A DNA stretch of 52,121 bases from Dimorphilus gyrociliatus (GCA_904063045.1 CAJFCJ010000060.1:67228-119348), one strand, 5' to 3'. Positions 23,583 through 36,287 are shown, counted from the stretch's first letter. A program made the numbers and translations. The notes: generated from the letters alone by a model not told the origin.

Positions 23583-25600
23583 AGAAATAATATTCCTACC
23601 TGATTTTTGAATTACCGATAGGTTGATCTAAATTTGTTTAAATATGGAAAAAAAAGGTTGCTGTCAATTAGTGGAATGTTGGTTTTTGATTTTTTGATAT
23701 TTTATTATACAAACTACAAAATTCTTCGTCAGAATTATCGAAACAATCTGATACATGATCACATACACTTGTATATTTGACAGTTTGATTTGTTTTAAAA
23801 CATGAAAATGTATTCTGTTGTTGTTGTAAACAATCCTTTTCATCGTCGTTCGTCAAACAATCATTTTCACCATCGCAAACATAAATTGAATTGATACAAA
23901 TGCCACTTTGTTCACAGAGAAAAAAGTCAAAGTTACATTCTATTTCATTTAAATCTTGTTTTGGTAGTGAATTTCTTAAATCTTTTGCTGGAAATATTAA
24001 TTCAACGTGTTCTTAACTTGATTAAAAGTTTTTAAACAACTAACCATCTAAAGTATGACAAATGATAATATTATCCTTTAAACCCTGTTCAGAACCATAA
24101 AGAAATAAACTGTATGATGGTCCAGACCTAAATGAAGAGTTATTTAAATATTTAAATAAGTTAGCATGTTAGTTATTATTTTTATTAAATAGTTTACAAA
24201 ATGTTGTATTCAAATTTTAAAGAATTTAATTTGTTGGATAAAGTTAAATGATTAGCAGAGTTTTCTAAAATTGGACATTTCATATCATTTTGTGGATAAA
24301 ATTGATTGGGAAAAACTAGTTTAAGCATGTAACTACTACTAGTAACCATAGTCAATTGATTTTCATCATTTTTTCTATAATTTACATCTAAACAACAAGA
24401 AAAATTGTGAACAAAATTTCAATAGATTTATTTAAAATACTTGAAATCAATATCAATTCTTCTTCAGATTGATGATCCTTAGAATTGTGTTTTATATTAC
24501 CAAATATAAAGGCTAGAAGAAGTTTATTCTTTGTTGGAAAATCAGTTAGTGTCAAATTCCTACTCAGACAAATCTTTTCCATTTCATTAGTTGAATATGA
24601 TCTTTGGGAAAAGATAACAATATAGCATACATGTTCAAAATGGATCATTGTATCCTTTGGACAATTGATAACTTTTCGGATTGTTGTAATGTTTAAAGGG
24701 TTAGATAATTTATTATATTAGATATTGTTTAGTTAATACCTTTGTTTGTACATTTCATTAATAGTCCTTTACCATTGATCATGTGTTTTATCCTATTTTC
24801 AGGGTAAGAAGACAATGAGAGAGAGAGAGAGAGGAAACATTTACTTACTTTCCTCTAAATTTTGGTTGTAATTCACAATCCTCAAAATTAGTGTTTGTAT
24901 TGTTGCATTTTATATTTGAAAGAGCAAAACTATAAGTTTCCTTTATGGGAAAATAACTTTCTTCGGAATGTTCATAAATTGTTCCAGAAATAAAACCAAT
25001 ATGCTTACAAATAACTTGAATTTCATGAAATCTTAAATTTTCAATAATGTAATATATGCTATTTTTTAAAATTTCAACTTGTCCAATCACTTCTCCACTT
25101 TGTTGTGGCATATTTAATTTTGGTAATACCTTGACAAATTGAAAATATGGCTCTAAAATATTTGAAAATATCTTTAAATAATCATTAAATAATCTTAAAA
25201 AATTACTAGAGCCTTTGTATTCCTTTCCTTTGCATATACATTTTTCTACAAAGCGTAAATTTTGTGTCCTTTCTCTAGATTTTTCAAAATTATTTTTTTA
25301 GCTGTTAGACACAAAACGGCGAGAATTTTCGGGGTGACCCTAATATATATATATTTATATAACCTTCTAATTCAGAATAAGTACACACAATTGATTTACT
25401 CAAGCCTTCCCTTTTACTATCAGTTATATTCATTGAGTAGTTACCATTGAGAATTATATCAACAGAAGTATTTTTAATATTCAATGGAAAATTAATTGCC
25501 AATTCACTCATTCTACACAAATATTTAGTTTGTTTAGATGAATTAATTCTAAATACATTATTCTTCCATCTTGCAAAAAGTTCATAAAAACCATTACCAG
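20387..25600 (-). CDS. GRL101/LGR-like receptor paralog 1: SRCR-like, CTL-like, LDLa repeats, LRRs, 7TM, C-terminal kinase-like domain (multi-exon; 5' end uncertain; homopolymer frameshift near 22500)
   Basis: SRCR-like 24845..25111 (VICKHIGF...LSNIKC..FEDC); LDLa CDG..DC.D.SDE repeats at 22800..23900; LRRs; SCLPNP..TC hinge-like segment, NISMADF, MSIER, CWTPI and NPYIY; spliced tail exons 20908..20936, 20602..20795 and 20387..20542. Confidence 0.85.
23539..23578. repeat. (GA)n microsatellite in an intron of receptor paralog 1
   Basis: About 20 perfect GA units. Confidence 0.95.
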
Positions 25601-26256
25601 TTAAATGTTGTTTTGTTTATTTGAATTGCAAAATATTGCAAAACATGTTATTTAAGTGAGTAAAATATCTCTTTTAAATGTGCACTCAGTAAATATATGT
25701 AATTTAAGAAGATTACTATTTACATTTTTAATTAACATTTAATATGTAAAGTTTAACAATAACAAGACACCTATAATATATTGTATTACTTTTTAAATTA
25801 ATATTATTAAGTCTAAACTATTTTTAAGGTTAAACAAAACTGAAAGAATTCTACAAGTTTGGTGTGTAGTGTCCGGAGTATGAAGAAAAGTTGTGTACCT
25901 AGTTGTATATGTGATTGTAGGAATTTCTGGCTCGTCACAATTATATTCATCTTTATTGTTATAAACAGTCAGAGTACTAAGCGCAAACAAAGAACTATAG
26001 AGTACTGTAACTTGCATAGATTAAAAAGATTGTGTTTGTAATCAGATACTGAAAAAGATTTTGAGAGATTGAGTAAAATTCTTACCAAGAGTTGTTGTAG
26101 AAGGTGTATATTATTCTCATTCTTTCAACTAGGCTAGTGTGGAGTAAAAATGTCTAGATTAACAGGAACTAATCACAATAAGTAAAACAAGGTCAGACAG
26201 AGAAGTTTCTCTTAACAACAAGAGAATAATATGCTTGAACTTTTTCCAAACAGTCA

Positions 26257-26280
26257 ATGATCACGTGAATGATCACGTGA
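26257..26280. promoter_or_regulatory. Tandem E-box duplication (ATGATCACGTGA x2) upstream of receptor paralog 1
   Basis: Exact 12-bp tandem containing TCACGTGA twice; function inferred only. Confidence 0.3.
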
Positions 26281-26498
26281 AAACATGAAGAGATGAGCTC
26301 TGTTCATACTGTTGTATGAGATTGAAAGATGAAAATCTGTTTGAAATCTTCCTAAGAAAAGATTAACCCTAACCTGAACATGCTTCGCAGTTATATAACC
26401 AGACCTTTAATTAATGAAATGTTTGTATATCATAAGATTTCAGGAGAAAAAAATCATTATCATTTCAAATTTTCTTAAATATAGGCCTACATAAATCT

Positions 26499-26543
26499 GA
26501 GGTGTTTCACTAGGAGGAGCCACAAGTCAAAAGATACAATAAT
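26499..26543 (+). repeat. Shared putative DNA-transposon terminus, copy 1 (copy 2 at 37228..37273)
   Basis: GAGGTGTTT(T)CACTAGG(A/G)GGAGCCACAAGTCAAAAGAT..AATAAT occurs at both sites. Confidence 0.7.
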
Positions 26544-26689
26544 CTACAGCTCAAACCAAAAAACACGAAAAGGAAATTAACATCGAGAGTAGTTTTTCAA
26601 ATAGAATTATAAAAAAGAAATATTTAATTTAAATATTGAAATATGAAACACATAAAGCAGAAAATCACAACTCTCCAAGAAGTATTGCC

Positions 26690-27430
26690 TTGTCTCATAA
26701 AAATTTGGGGTTTCCGTTGAAGCATCTTTTCCTATCACTTTAGTTTTTTTGGGCTCTTTTGTCTTTTGATTTTCCAACTTGGACACCATTGTGATTGGTT
26801 TTTTCTGGGTTAGTTTTAACAAGATTTCTGCTTTCTCAGCAGCTTCATATAGTTCTGCCAATGTTTTACATCTAGGATGTAAGGTGTACACTAAGTGTAG
26901 AATATCCCCTTGTAATCCTCTTTGTAAAACTTCCATCAGTTTCATTTCTTTCATTGTTGCAATCAATTGTGGGTTCATTGGTCTAGGTGGAGAAAACCTT
27001 TTTATCAATTTCTTTGCCCTGTTAACAAGCTGAACCACACTTTCACCATTAATTTGCTTTAAGGTAAACAGTTTCTCCTGATACTCCATAGGATCAAGAT
27101 CAAATTCGTCATGGAGGGCTTTCCATATTTCGTCTACAGTAGGCTCTCCATCAAGAGCTAACACCAAATCCCTAGCAGGATCAGTTAAATAATCTAAAAG
27201 ATTTGCTTTCACGACATCTTCACCAACCCAACCATAAGAATAACATGCCTGATTAAAGTCTTCCTTGAATTTTGAACACTCCCTGCTTCCATCATACAAC
27301 TTAAGGATAGTTATTTGGGGGCAGTCCCAAGCAGCCCTTAATGTTTGAATTAGTGTTGTGATATTGCTGGGGTTGAAGGATTAGAGTCTGTAATTACCCC
27401 AGTGGCATTTCCATTTCCTCCTTCTGCCAT
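26690..27430 (-). mobile_element. Ty3/Gypsy-type gag (capsid) ORF, frameshifted near its start and truncated at its 3' end
   Basis: YDGSRECSKFKEDF..ACYSYGW..LLDYLTDPARD..LKQINGESVVQLVNR..RGL fits retrotransposon gag; ATG at 27430, 40 nt after the PBS, is out of frame with the main ORF. Confidence 0.8.
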
Positions 27431-27469
27431 ATTTACTTTCTCCAAATTTTTTAATAAACCAAAATAATA

Positions 27470-27487
27470 ATTCTGTTAACTGTGCCA
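27470..27487 (-). promoter_or_regulatory. Decayed tRNA-Ser primer-binding site
   Basis: TGGCACAGTTAACAGAAT matches the PBS at 12965..12982 at 13 of 18 positions; all differences are transitions. Confidence 0.7.
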
Positions 27488-27491
27488 AATT

Positions 27492-27952
27492 TGTACTGCT
27501 CTTGCCTGGCCAATTTATGCATTTGTAAGTTACAACAATACTGATTCTACTCAAACCTTTAAACAAATGTTTAAATTAAAATGATTTATTCAAAATAATA
27601 ATACTTAAGCAAGTAGCAATATGAGAGTTCAATAGCAGAGTAGATAGTTCATAATAGCAGGTTGCCAAACTATCAAACTGTCTTTCAATGTTGAGGAGTA
27701 GATGGATGGCTGCCAAATTGTGTAGTTCATATTTATGTTTAGTAACAGAATGTTACAAGGTTCAACATTTAGGAAGGTTAATTGAATTATAACTTGGCCA
27801 TACCTTAACTGGTAATTAAAATGAGCCTTCAAGTTGACTAATCAAACCTGTGTTAGCATTTTCTTATTTTCTTTGCATAGGTTTTAAGAGGTACATGTAT
27901 AAGTTGCATAGAGTAGTATAGTTCAAGCATACAGTATAACCAAAGTTGTACA
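27492..27952 (-). mobile_element. LTR2 of the same Gypsy-like family (461 bp, shorter than LTR1)
   Basis: TGTAC...GTACA termini; colinear with 12987..13621 but lacking a roughly 130-bp block and a roughly 36-bp duplication. Confidence 0.85.
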
Positions 27953-29580
27953 ATGCATCTTTTTGTAATGTTAAATGTAGCATCTAGAAGAGGGGTGAAA
28001 CCATACTTGGTTGAAACTGTACCTAAAAAGAAACATAGTTAATTATTGAAGAAAATTGGGATTCAAATTTCTTTCATTGTTTGAATAAATATGTTTTTTT
28101 CAAAAATCCTGATAGACTTTTCAGGCATAGAAGGAAAAATTATTATAAAACATAGCTGTTTCATGTTATAACCTGACGATTGGCCAGTACTATATATGAA
28201 AATATATTGAGTTGTTAACACACTTCTGGAAATTCTTTATACGAAGGGATAGATATAGAGAGTGTAGCGTCGAATTATTATTGGATTAGGACTAGAGAAT
28301 TGAATAAGATTTGTTTTGTTGTAACCGAAAAGGATTACCTGATGGATGTTGAATATAAATTTTCGGATTATGCACTTGATTATCATAAGATTCGACTTGG
28401 TTGTCCATACAGAGGTACAGTAATTTTGAAAACACGAGCACTATAAAATTTGCTCCAGAAAGTTTTCTTAGTCCTTTTGAGTACTTGAACACAGTTGAGT
28501 CGTATAGCAGGATGGAATCCTATAAAAATCTTATGAATGGTCAAACTGAGAATTCCTTGTTCAAAAATCAAATTACCCAATACATTCTCTCCAACACACA
28601 AATCTAGGTATAAGAAAACAATTCTCCACAAGGAGAAAATAGTAATATCTCAAATTCAAAGGGATAATACCAATGACAATTGGGTTAACACATTAAGTCA
28701 CGATTGGAAGTTAACATGGGCTATTTCTATTACACAATAGTTAAATCAGTGCCGAAATGTCAACATCACCAATACAGTTGTTCGCTGATAGATGAGAGTG
28801 GTTTAATGATTAGTCATCAAAGAGGAGCGAAAAATCCTAATAGCATAGGTCATAATCAGCACATAATTTCATTAGAACCTAAGCTATCAACTCAGCTCAT
28901 AGCTACAGAAATTCTATAGAAAAGCCAATGCTTAAACATCTTAACGTTGAGATATCAATTGTGCTGGAGAGTAAGCATTTTCTTTTCTTTCTCTCCAATC
29001 TGTTCAATATGCTTGAATTTATAGGTTACGCTTAAGAATGACAAACACCAAGGAAGATTTTTTACTATTCAAAAGATAAGAAGGCTATGCTGATTTCTTT
29101 TCATGATAACTGGTAAAATATTTGGATATTTTTGAAAGTATAACTTTATTTTCTAAATTTAAAAACAATAAAAAAAGTCAATTCATTAAACTTTTATTGA
29201 AAATTTTCACACTTATTTTCACCTATAGGATACCATCAATGGAGTGAAACTGTTTTTACCAGAGGGTTAAAGACTGCAAATTAATTGTTGTTTCGGGCTA
29301 TTAGATGGGTGCTTGTCAAAATATATTAAAAAGGTCACAAAGGATAATGATCAATCGTTGCGCATTTGGCATGCTTTTCTGTTACTAATTTTAGTGTTAA
29401 GTTTTAAAATGAACTACACTTTTTTACTTGACACGTTCCAACAAAAAGATAGACACGTGTTAGTGTCTTAATTAGTTTTTGACAAGTACATTTATATAGT
29501 AACAGTAGTTACTTTCAAACTATTTCAGAGTTTTTCCTACAGACGTCTCTTGTTCTAAAAGAAGAGAAAAGAAAAGAATT

Positions 29581-30622
29581 ATGAATAATTCTAGCTATTA
29601 TCCCTCATTTCCAGAGATACCTAGCACGATGGACTGGTATATTGGGATTAGAGTTATTTCATCAATTTGTTTTATTATGGGTATTTTTGGAAATATTGCG
29701 AGTTTTATTATCTTCACCAAAAGTAAGATGAATTCAACAACAACGTCAATTTACCTTCGGTGCTTGGCGATTTCCGATATTCTTAGCTTAATATGTTGGT
29801 TCTTTCTATACATGTTTTATACAATTGAACTAAGGATCTTTAAGAATCATAAAGATATCCTATACTTTTCTTGTATGGCAAAGAATGCATTTGGCAAAAT
29901 GAGCCAACAAACAAATACATTAGTACTCTGCGCAATGACTATCGATAGGAGTCTATTTGTACTTTTTCCAACTAAAGCAAAATCTTTAGCTTCAAAGAAA
30001 CGTACATATTTTATAATATAACATTTTATCGTCTGCAGGCTATTCAACAATTTTTGTCATGTTCAAGAACGTGCTAATTGTTGATAATCCATTCAAAAAT
30101 AATTCTGGACTATACTTTTGTCTAACTAGAAGTGAATCTTGGAAAGTCTATTTTGATAAGATTAATCCAACTTTGGAGATTGTTTTCATGCATTATGCTC
30201 CAGGCATTATTCTTCTTATTACAAACATTCTAATACTGAAGGCATTGATATTGGCTACAAACAAGAGAAAAGAACTTTCCGCAACTGCAAATACTAAGGA
30301 AGATACGAAAGGTCGAAATTCATCAATTATTCTTCTTATAATATCAACATACACCATTCTCTCTTCAATACCAGCAATAGCACTATACATCTATGTGAGC
30401 TATTATTTGAAGAATCCATCAACGGAAGATGTTGCCTTTTTGAAAAAAGGAGCCCTCCTGTCGGAAGTTACTGTCAAATCAAATTCCGCTTTCAATTTTT
30501 ACTTTTACTGTTTAAGTGGAAGAAAATTTAGAAGTGAATTTCTCTTTTTATTCAAAAAGAAGCTAATTAAAGATCAAAATTCACAATTCAAATCAATATC
30601 AAAAACACAATCATCCAAGTAG
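29581..30622 (+). CDS. Class A GPCR of the FMRFamide-receptor-like/Srw-like expansion, interrupted by a frameshift near 30020
   Basis: GIFGNIASF, YLRCLAISD, AMTIDRSLFVLFP, YAPGIILL and NSAFNFYFYCLSGRKFRSEF; the two ORFs join in TM4 (KRTYFII / ILSSAGYSTIFVMF). Confidence 0.85.
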
Positions 30623-31011
30623 CAGATTATCTATTTGTTTTGCTTTTTGGAGCATAATGTATTGCCTCATTTTTAAATGGATATAATACACTTTATAGAG
30701 TATACTTGAGCAAATTATAAACCTTTTTACGGCTAGGAAATACTCAATTTCATTTATTCTTACCGAAATTAAGGCTTAACGAAAGGTTAAGGACTAGACA
30801 GGAGAAATAACTTTATGCACTGTGTGGTTAGGCCTAACGTAAAAATTCAGAAAATACACATTTTTACTTGAAATTAAATGATAAGCTAATCATAGAATTT
30901 GGCAAACTGAATGAAGACTTATTTCTCCTTCCGGATAGGGTGTCAGTAATGTAGTATCAAATTGGTTCTTGTTCCGTTGTTCTCTGTCCCCTAATTCTGT
31001 CTTGAGGCATT

Positions 31012-31778
31012 GGGGTAAACCGTACCCGGGTTAAACCGTACCTATTTTTTATTTAATATACTGTATATGTTTATTAAACTTGTGATAATGAAATCTATGT
31101 TATACTGATACAATGTATATAGGCAAATATATAAAGATACATTTATCTAAAAAATTAAAAGAATGAAAAATGAAATGAAAAGAAAAAGAGAATATGAAAT
31201 GTAGGTAAAATCTATGGAGCATATACAGTATATCAGATGTTTTTTAGCAATAATTCATCTGCTAATATTTTTCCTAGTTTGTATTCATCCCAAATGTCAA
31301 ATATTTGTTTTTCTCTCTCCACATTCCTTTTTCCCTGATATCTATATTTTTGTTTATTAGACATCACCTTTTCATAGATAATCATCCACTAATATGTAGA
31401 ATGAGCCTTTTGAATGCACTTGACTATTCATCCTGTTGTGCCAACCCTCCACACTATTATTTGTTCTAATTGATAGATCAAACACTGACCAATTTTCAGG
31501 TTTCCACATAGAATTACATATCCATGTATTTTCAAAATACAACAGTAGGTCAGCCAATTTCTATTGCTCCAAAAGTTCAGACTTCAGTCTACCAAATGTT
31601 GAAATGATGATATCAGATGGCAGAATACACACACATATATATAATATCTATATATAATATTAAGATATATATATTAAATTAACAATGGGTACGGTTTAAC
31701 CCGGGTACAGTTTAACCTGGGTACGGTTTAACCCTGTAGTGGGTACGGTTTAACCCAGGTACGGTTTCACCTGCTCCC
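31012..31778 (-). mobile_element. Internally deleted Mutator-like element with inverted 16-bp subterminal repeat arrays and a transposase C-terminal fragment
   Basis: Two GGTTAAACCGTACCC-type units on the left and five GGGTACGGTTTAACC-type units on the right; inside LPSDIIISTFGRL..*KLADLLLYFENTWI..W.PENWSVF..RTNNSVEGWHNRMN, the conserved invertebrate MULE segment. Confidence 0.8.
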
Positions 31779-31879
31779 ATATACCTTATCCTATTCCTAT
31801 TGGTGAAATAATTGATTTAAACAAACATCTTGAAATAATTATACTGCAGTGCAACAATTTAATATCACAGGTTGAAGCA

Positions 31880-32300
31880 AAAGCAGTATTAAAAACACTT
31901 GCTATTGATATGATATTGGAAAAAAAATATTTCAAAACATCCAAGATCACTGTGAAAATTTAAAGGTACTTGACATTACCAACTGTTCTTTTGATGCCAA
32001 TATCGATTCAATTGGTTGTAATTCACATTTGAAACACCCGAATTTACAAGAAAATGCATTTGGATCTGAAGTTGGAAAGGAAATTTTTAAAAATATTAAA
32101 GACCATTGTAAAAATTTGAAGATGCTTATTCAGCTGTTCTGTTGATGCCAATATAGGTTCTATTTTTGGAGAAGCAATGGTTTGTAATCCATATTTGAAA
32201 AAATTGTATTTGGTAGGAATGGAATTACGATCTAGTGTTGAAGAAGTAATTAGTGATAATATAACTGATGATTTTAATACAGTTCGGAAAGAAAATTGTC
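31880..32300 (+). pseudogene. RNI-type (NLR-like) leucine-rich repeat gene remnant
   Basis: Missed by the ORF track. Reads GKKIFQNIQDHCENLKVLDITNCSFDANIDSIGCNSHLKHPNLQENAFGSEVGKEIFKNIKDHCKNLKML, frameshifts, then SCSVDANIGSIFGEAMVCNPYLKKLYL; upstream stops. Confidence 0.65.
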
Positions 32301-33270
32301 TAATTTTTTTTCTTTAACTTGAACATACCATTTGAGTAGAATTTTCCGACTTAATGCTTATATTCTATTTCATAAGAAATAGATTCTTTGACCATAATTG
32401 ATGTATGTACTATAAAATGACAAATGTACATTCAAAAATATTCACATCAATAATGTTGTGTTAGGTGTGATATTTATACCAGATGCTGATAAAATAGATT
32501 AATTTTGCAGTGACATAATTTGGCCATATGGCTTTAATTTGTACATTGCATTTTAGATATGGCGTGTAACAGTCTTTCATGCTTGACAGAATATTTGTTA
32601 CATGATAAATATGAAATTGTCACATTTCATCCTTGTTAACATGTGAGCATTAGAACCAAGCTTTGGTAAAGAATTTGTTCTAAAGGGTATAATTTGTGAC
32701 ACACTGGTGGTTCTATTTCAATTTATTTGATTACTGTTGTGAAGAGCCAGAAATTCCTACAATTAAACTACAACATAGCTCAAAAATGAAGATTTTATCA
32801 ACCCTAGAAATGGTTAAAAGTTCATCCTAAACTTTTGCTCCTTGGGCAGTTTTCTCCTCATCCATTTTTATTTGTTGTCACTTTCTTTTTTTTTGAAACA
32901 GACAATATGATGACAATAATAACATTTTCACAGAGAAATAAGATGTGGAGAGAAATTGTCTCTCTAGATAAATTAAGAACAGATGAGGATGATATTGCTG
33001 ATAATAGGATGTTATTATTTGCTCTAACACAATTAAAACAGATTGAAATGATAAAACACCTTCCAAGCATTATGAAATTAATTCAATAATATTCCATATA
33101 TTGTTCGCATTGATGATGTTTTAATGAAGACTAAATTGAAAACATTGAAGTTTATTCAAGTTAAATTGGCTGATGATTTTGCTGATTAAATATCTCGAGA
33201 ATGTCTTCTTATAGATGAGGTATACAATAGTTGGTCAACTTTAAATACTGCTATTGGATATTTAACAACT

Positions 33271-33624
33271 TTGTTGGATGTTAATGCAAATAAAAAATTA
33301 AATACATTTTTTAAAGAATTGTGCCTGAAAACTAACTACTTCCGAAAAACAGCAAAAGAGTTTTGTAATGTTGAGCATGTTGAAGATTTTTGGCATATTT
33401 TAGATAGACAACATGATAAATTATTAATTGATCATCCACTATTTAAAATTCCTGATGACACTCAACTATGTCAAGCCCATATAGTTGCTATGGAAAACAA
33501 TGTTAAACAAAAGGCAAAAGTAGCTGATGAAATTGTTATTCACTTACATAGGGTTATCAATGAATATAGTGATGATCCAGATAATATGGAATATCCGTTT
33601 AAAGAAAACTTTATCCGAAGATGA
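33271..33624 (+). other. Unassigned 117-aa ORF, probably a fragment of the decayed gene at 31.9-33.6 kb
   Basis: Protein-like composition, same strand as the LRR relic and ORF 32835..33089; no recognisable motif. Confidence 0.3.
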
Positions 33625-34398
33625 TTGGATAACCAACTTCCTAAACTAATCCATTTCACTTTCACACTATGGATCTTTGGTGGACATTTTAGTGTAATCA
33701 TTAATATAGTTTTTGTTGTACAACTTTCTTTCTAAAGCAATATTACTTTGTGTAACTTATAATAATTTGAGTTAAAAACCCAAATTAGCAAAATCCTCTT
33801 TGGCCTTCACTTTTTCTTTGTTAAAATTAACATTTAATTTTTGACTATTCTACAATGAAATAAACAACCTGTTACTTTGCTTCATCATCTGGATAATGTT
33901 TTTGTAAGTTCTTCCCAAATGGCTCTTTAAAAGTCTACCAAAAAAAGTATACTTTAAATAAAAGTGAATTACTAATAATGTTATTGCAGAGAGAAGAGGA
34001 GCCTGTTTTAGTAGTGTATCTGTTTATAGTAATAAGTAAAGGAAAAACAGCTGTTTGAAGGAAGGATTTATCACATTTAAATTTCCATCTAAAAATCACA
34101 TGTTAGCAGAAGATAGGAGTTGCAGTTGGTGGTTAGTTTCAAAAATTATCATTGTTTTGTCTTTTATTATGTATATCCTGTCTAAAATATCTGTTTGGAA
34201 TAAATGAAAAATTTAACAGAAAGTCATTTTGAAGAAAAGAAAATCTTTTACTATTCTTTTGCTGCTGAAATTTAAATCCTTATTTGCTATTTCTTTTCTT
34301 TTCAACAATTTAAAACGAAATGTATTGTTATTGTGTTTGTTTATAAAAGATGTGTTTTCAAATGGGTTCTATCAATAATGTAATAAATAGTTATGTAT

Positions 34399-36219
34399 TT
34401 ACTTACGGTTAGAAATTATATCAACTTCGGTTAACCTTTCAATTTCATTCGAATCTAGTACTATAGATGTCGCTACAGTATTCAAATATTCAGTGCATAG
34501 GGTATGGCTTATTAAAATTGTATTTTCCACTTCTATTGTAGTAGTATTAACAATTATTGCTGATTTAGATAGTTCAATATTGATGACAGATGTTGATGTC
34601 ATATTTAAAACTGTATACAAAATTTTTTATAGAATCACTTTAACTAAATAAAGAACAAGTTACTGTACCAGTTATACAGGCTAACTTGACAGACACTGAG
34701 GAAAATTCTATCTTTATCATTTCACTGGGAAGTAGGCTAACATAATTAGTAATTCCTTGAAAATAGTAAATATCATCTGTTAGAATTGCTTTAATATCAT
34801 TGGATCCTTTAGTAATTGCCTCCACTTTATGTTTAATGTTCTCTTCTATAAACAAACAAAACACACAAAATAAGATTCAAATTTTTTAAAAACATTGACA
34901 GTTGACCCCAATATTATGATGGATAGGTGAATAATAGTTTTATTTAAAAAGGATAATATACTGAATTTCTGTGAAAACTCACTTGCACTTCTATTAGAAT
35001 GGCCATAAATTGTTAAGCTACAAATATCCAACATATATACATTTCTTAAACCAGTCTTATCATAAGAATTAATTAGCAAGTAACTTCCGGTGATAGATGA
35101 ATTTGTAAAGAATGTGTGTGTTGCATGATTACCATTAAAACTTGAGTTATAATCCTTAACAAGAAAATTTGCCTTGGGATTAAAAATAGTTTGAGGTGAA
35201 TCACTGATAGATATGTAAATATTTTGGAATGTTGCAGGAACATCTGAAAAACAAGATGGTTATTTATTTGTCCTTTCTTTACTCTCTCTCTCTCTCTAAC
35301 TCATTACCTTTCTTCTCTGAGGCTAAAATGAAAACTCCTAAAACATCTACTTGATTTTGGAAATTTATTCTAATAAAGAGGTCTGATTCTGAAATTTGTT
35401 GAAATGCTGTTAAACATTCCGTGTTAATAAGATCAGTTATGATAAAATCTTTGTGGAAACTTTTGAAATTTGATGAATTGATGACTTCATAATCTATAAA
35501 ATAAACATTTATTAATAAAAATTTAAGTCATCCAATGAAATTAACAAAAAGATATTTTACCTCTCTCCTCAACAAATTCCCCATAGACTTTTACATCACA
35601 AAGTGTTAGAATAGCATTGTTAACTTGATTTATTTTTAGAAATGACCCAATAGAATTTGATAGACAATTGAAACATTCATAATCATTAACAGTGTTTGCT
35701 ATTTTTACAGAAGTAGTCTGAGTAGCTTTACAAATATTTTCGTGTTGATCATAAAGATTTTTCTTAACAGTTATATTAAAGTTTATCAAACGTTCAGCTA
35801 TATAGATAAATGATTTTTTTAAATATCCCTATCTATCTATCTATTGTATTAGTTTACTTACGAAACACTTCTCTATTTAACAAACAGATTCTATTTATGT
35901 TGTAACTTTTCTTTAAATCTGCCATCCACCAACCATAACGTGCGTCGTGACTGGTGTGAGTGCAATAGTATTTTTGACCAACATAGCCAATATGAATAGG
36001 ATAGTCATTCCCTCTGTAAGCCCAGTGACCATCCCAAGTAGTACTTTGAAAAGCTGGACCATTCCTTATTAGATTACCTTCCTCAGCATACTCTACACAA
36101 AGTATTGTTACTGTGGGAAAAAAAATTCCAGCGTCCCTCACTGATTACCTTATTGCTAATGATTAATGATATTCACCTGTCTGATAAATTAAGATGAGAA
36201 AGTAGACGACGTCTTTCAT
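34399..36219 (-). CDS. Secreted F-type lectin (fucolectin/FTP) domain protein, multi-exon, at least one full and one partial FTP domain; 3' end uncertain
   Basis: Exon 1 36177..36219 MKDVVYFLILIYQT spliced to exon 2 at 36110: NLIRNGPAFQSTT..CTHT..WWMADLKKSYNINRICLLNR; next exon ends LTLCDVKVYG; a second domain end LDICSLTIYG near 35000. Confidence 0.75.
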
Positions 36220-36256
36220 TTAAATTTAGGTAGAACGAAACGGAGATTAATCTAAA

Positions 36257-36287
<31 letters not shown>

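Noticed and set aside
12987-27952. A single 15-kb LTR element carrying host genes between LTR2 and LTR1
   Set aside because: LTR1 is followed by its own PBS and internal sequence, has no convincing polypurine tract, and no pol lies between the LTRs.
31687-31771. CRISPR-like array
   Set aside because: Units are nearly contiguous with no unique spacers, have an inverted counterpart at 31012 and flank a MULE fragment in eukaryotic DNA.
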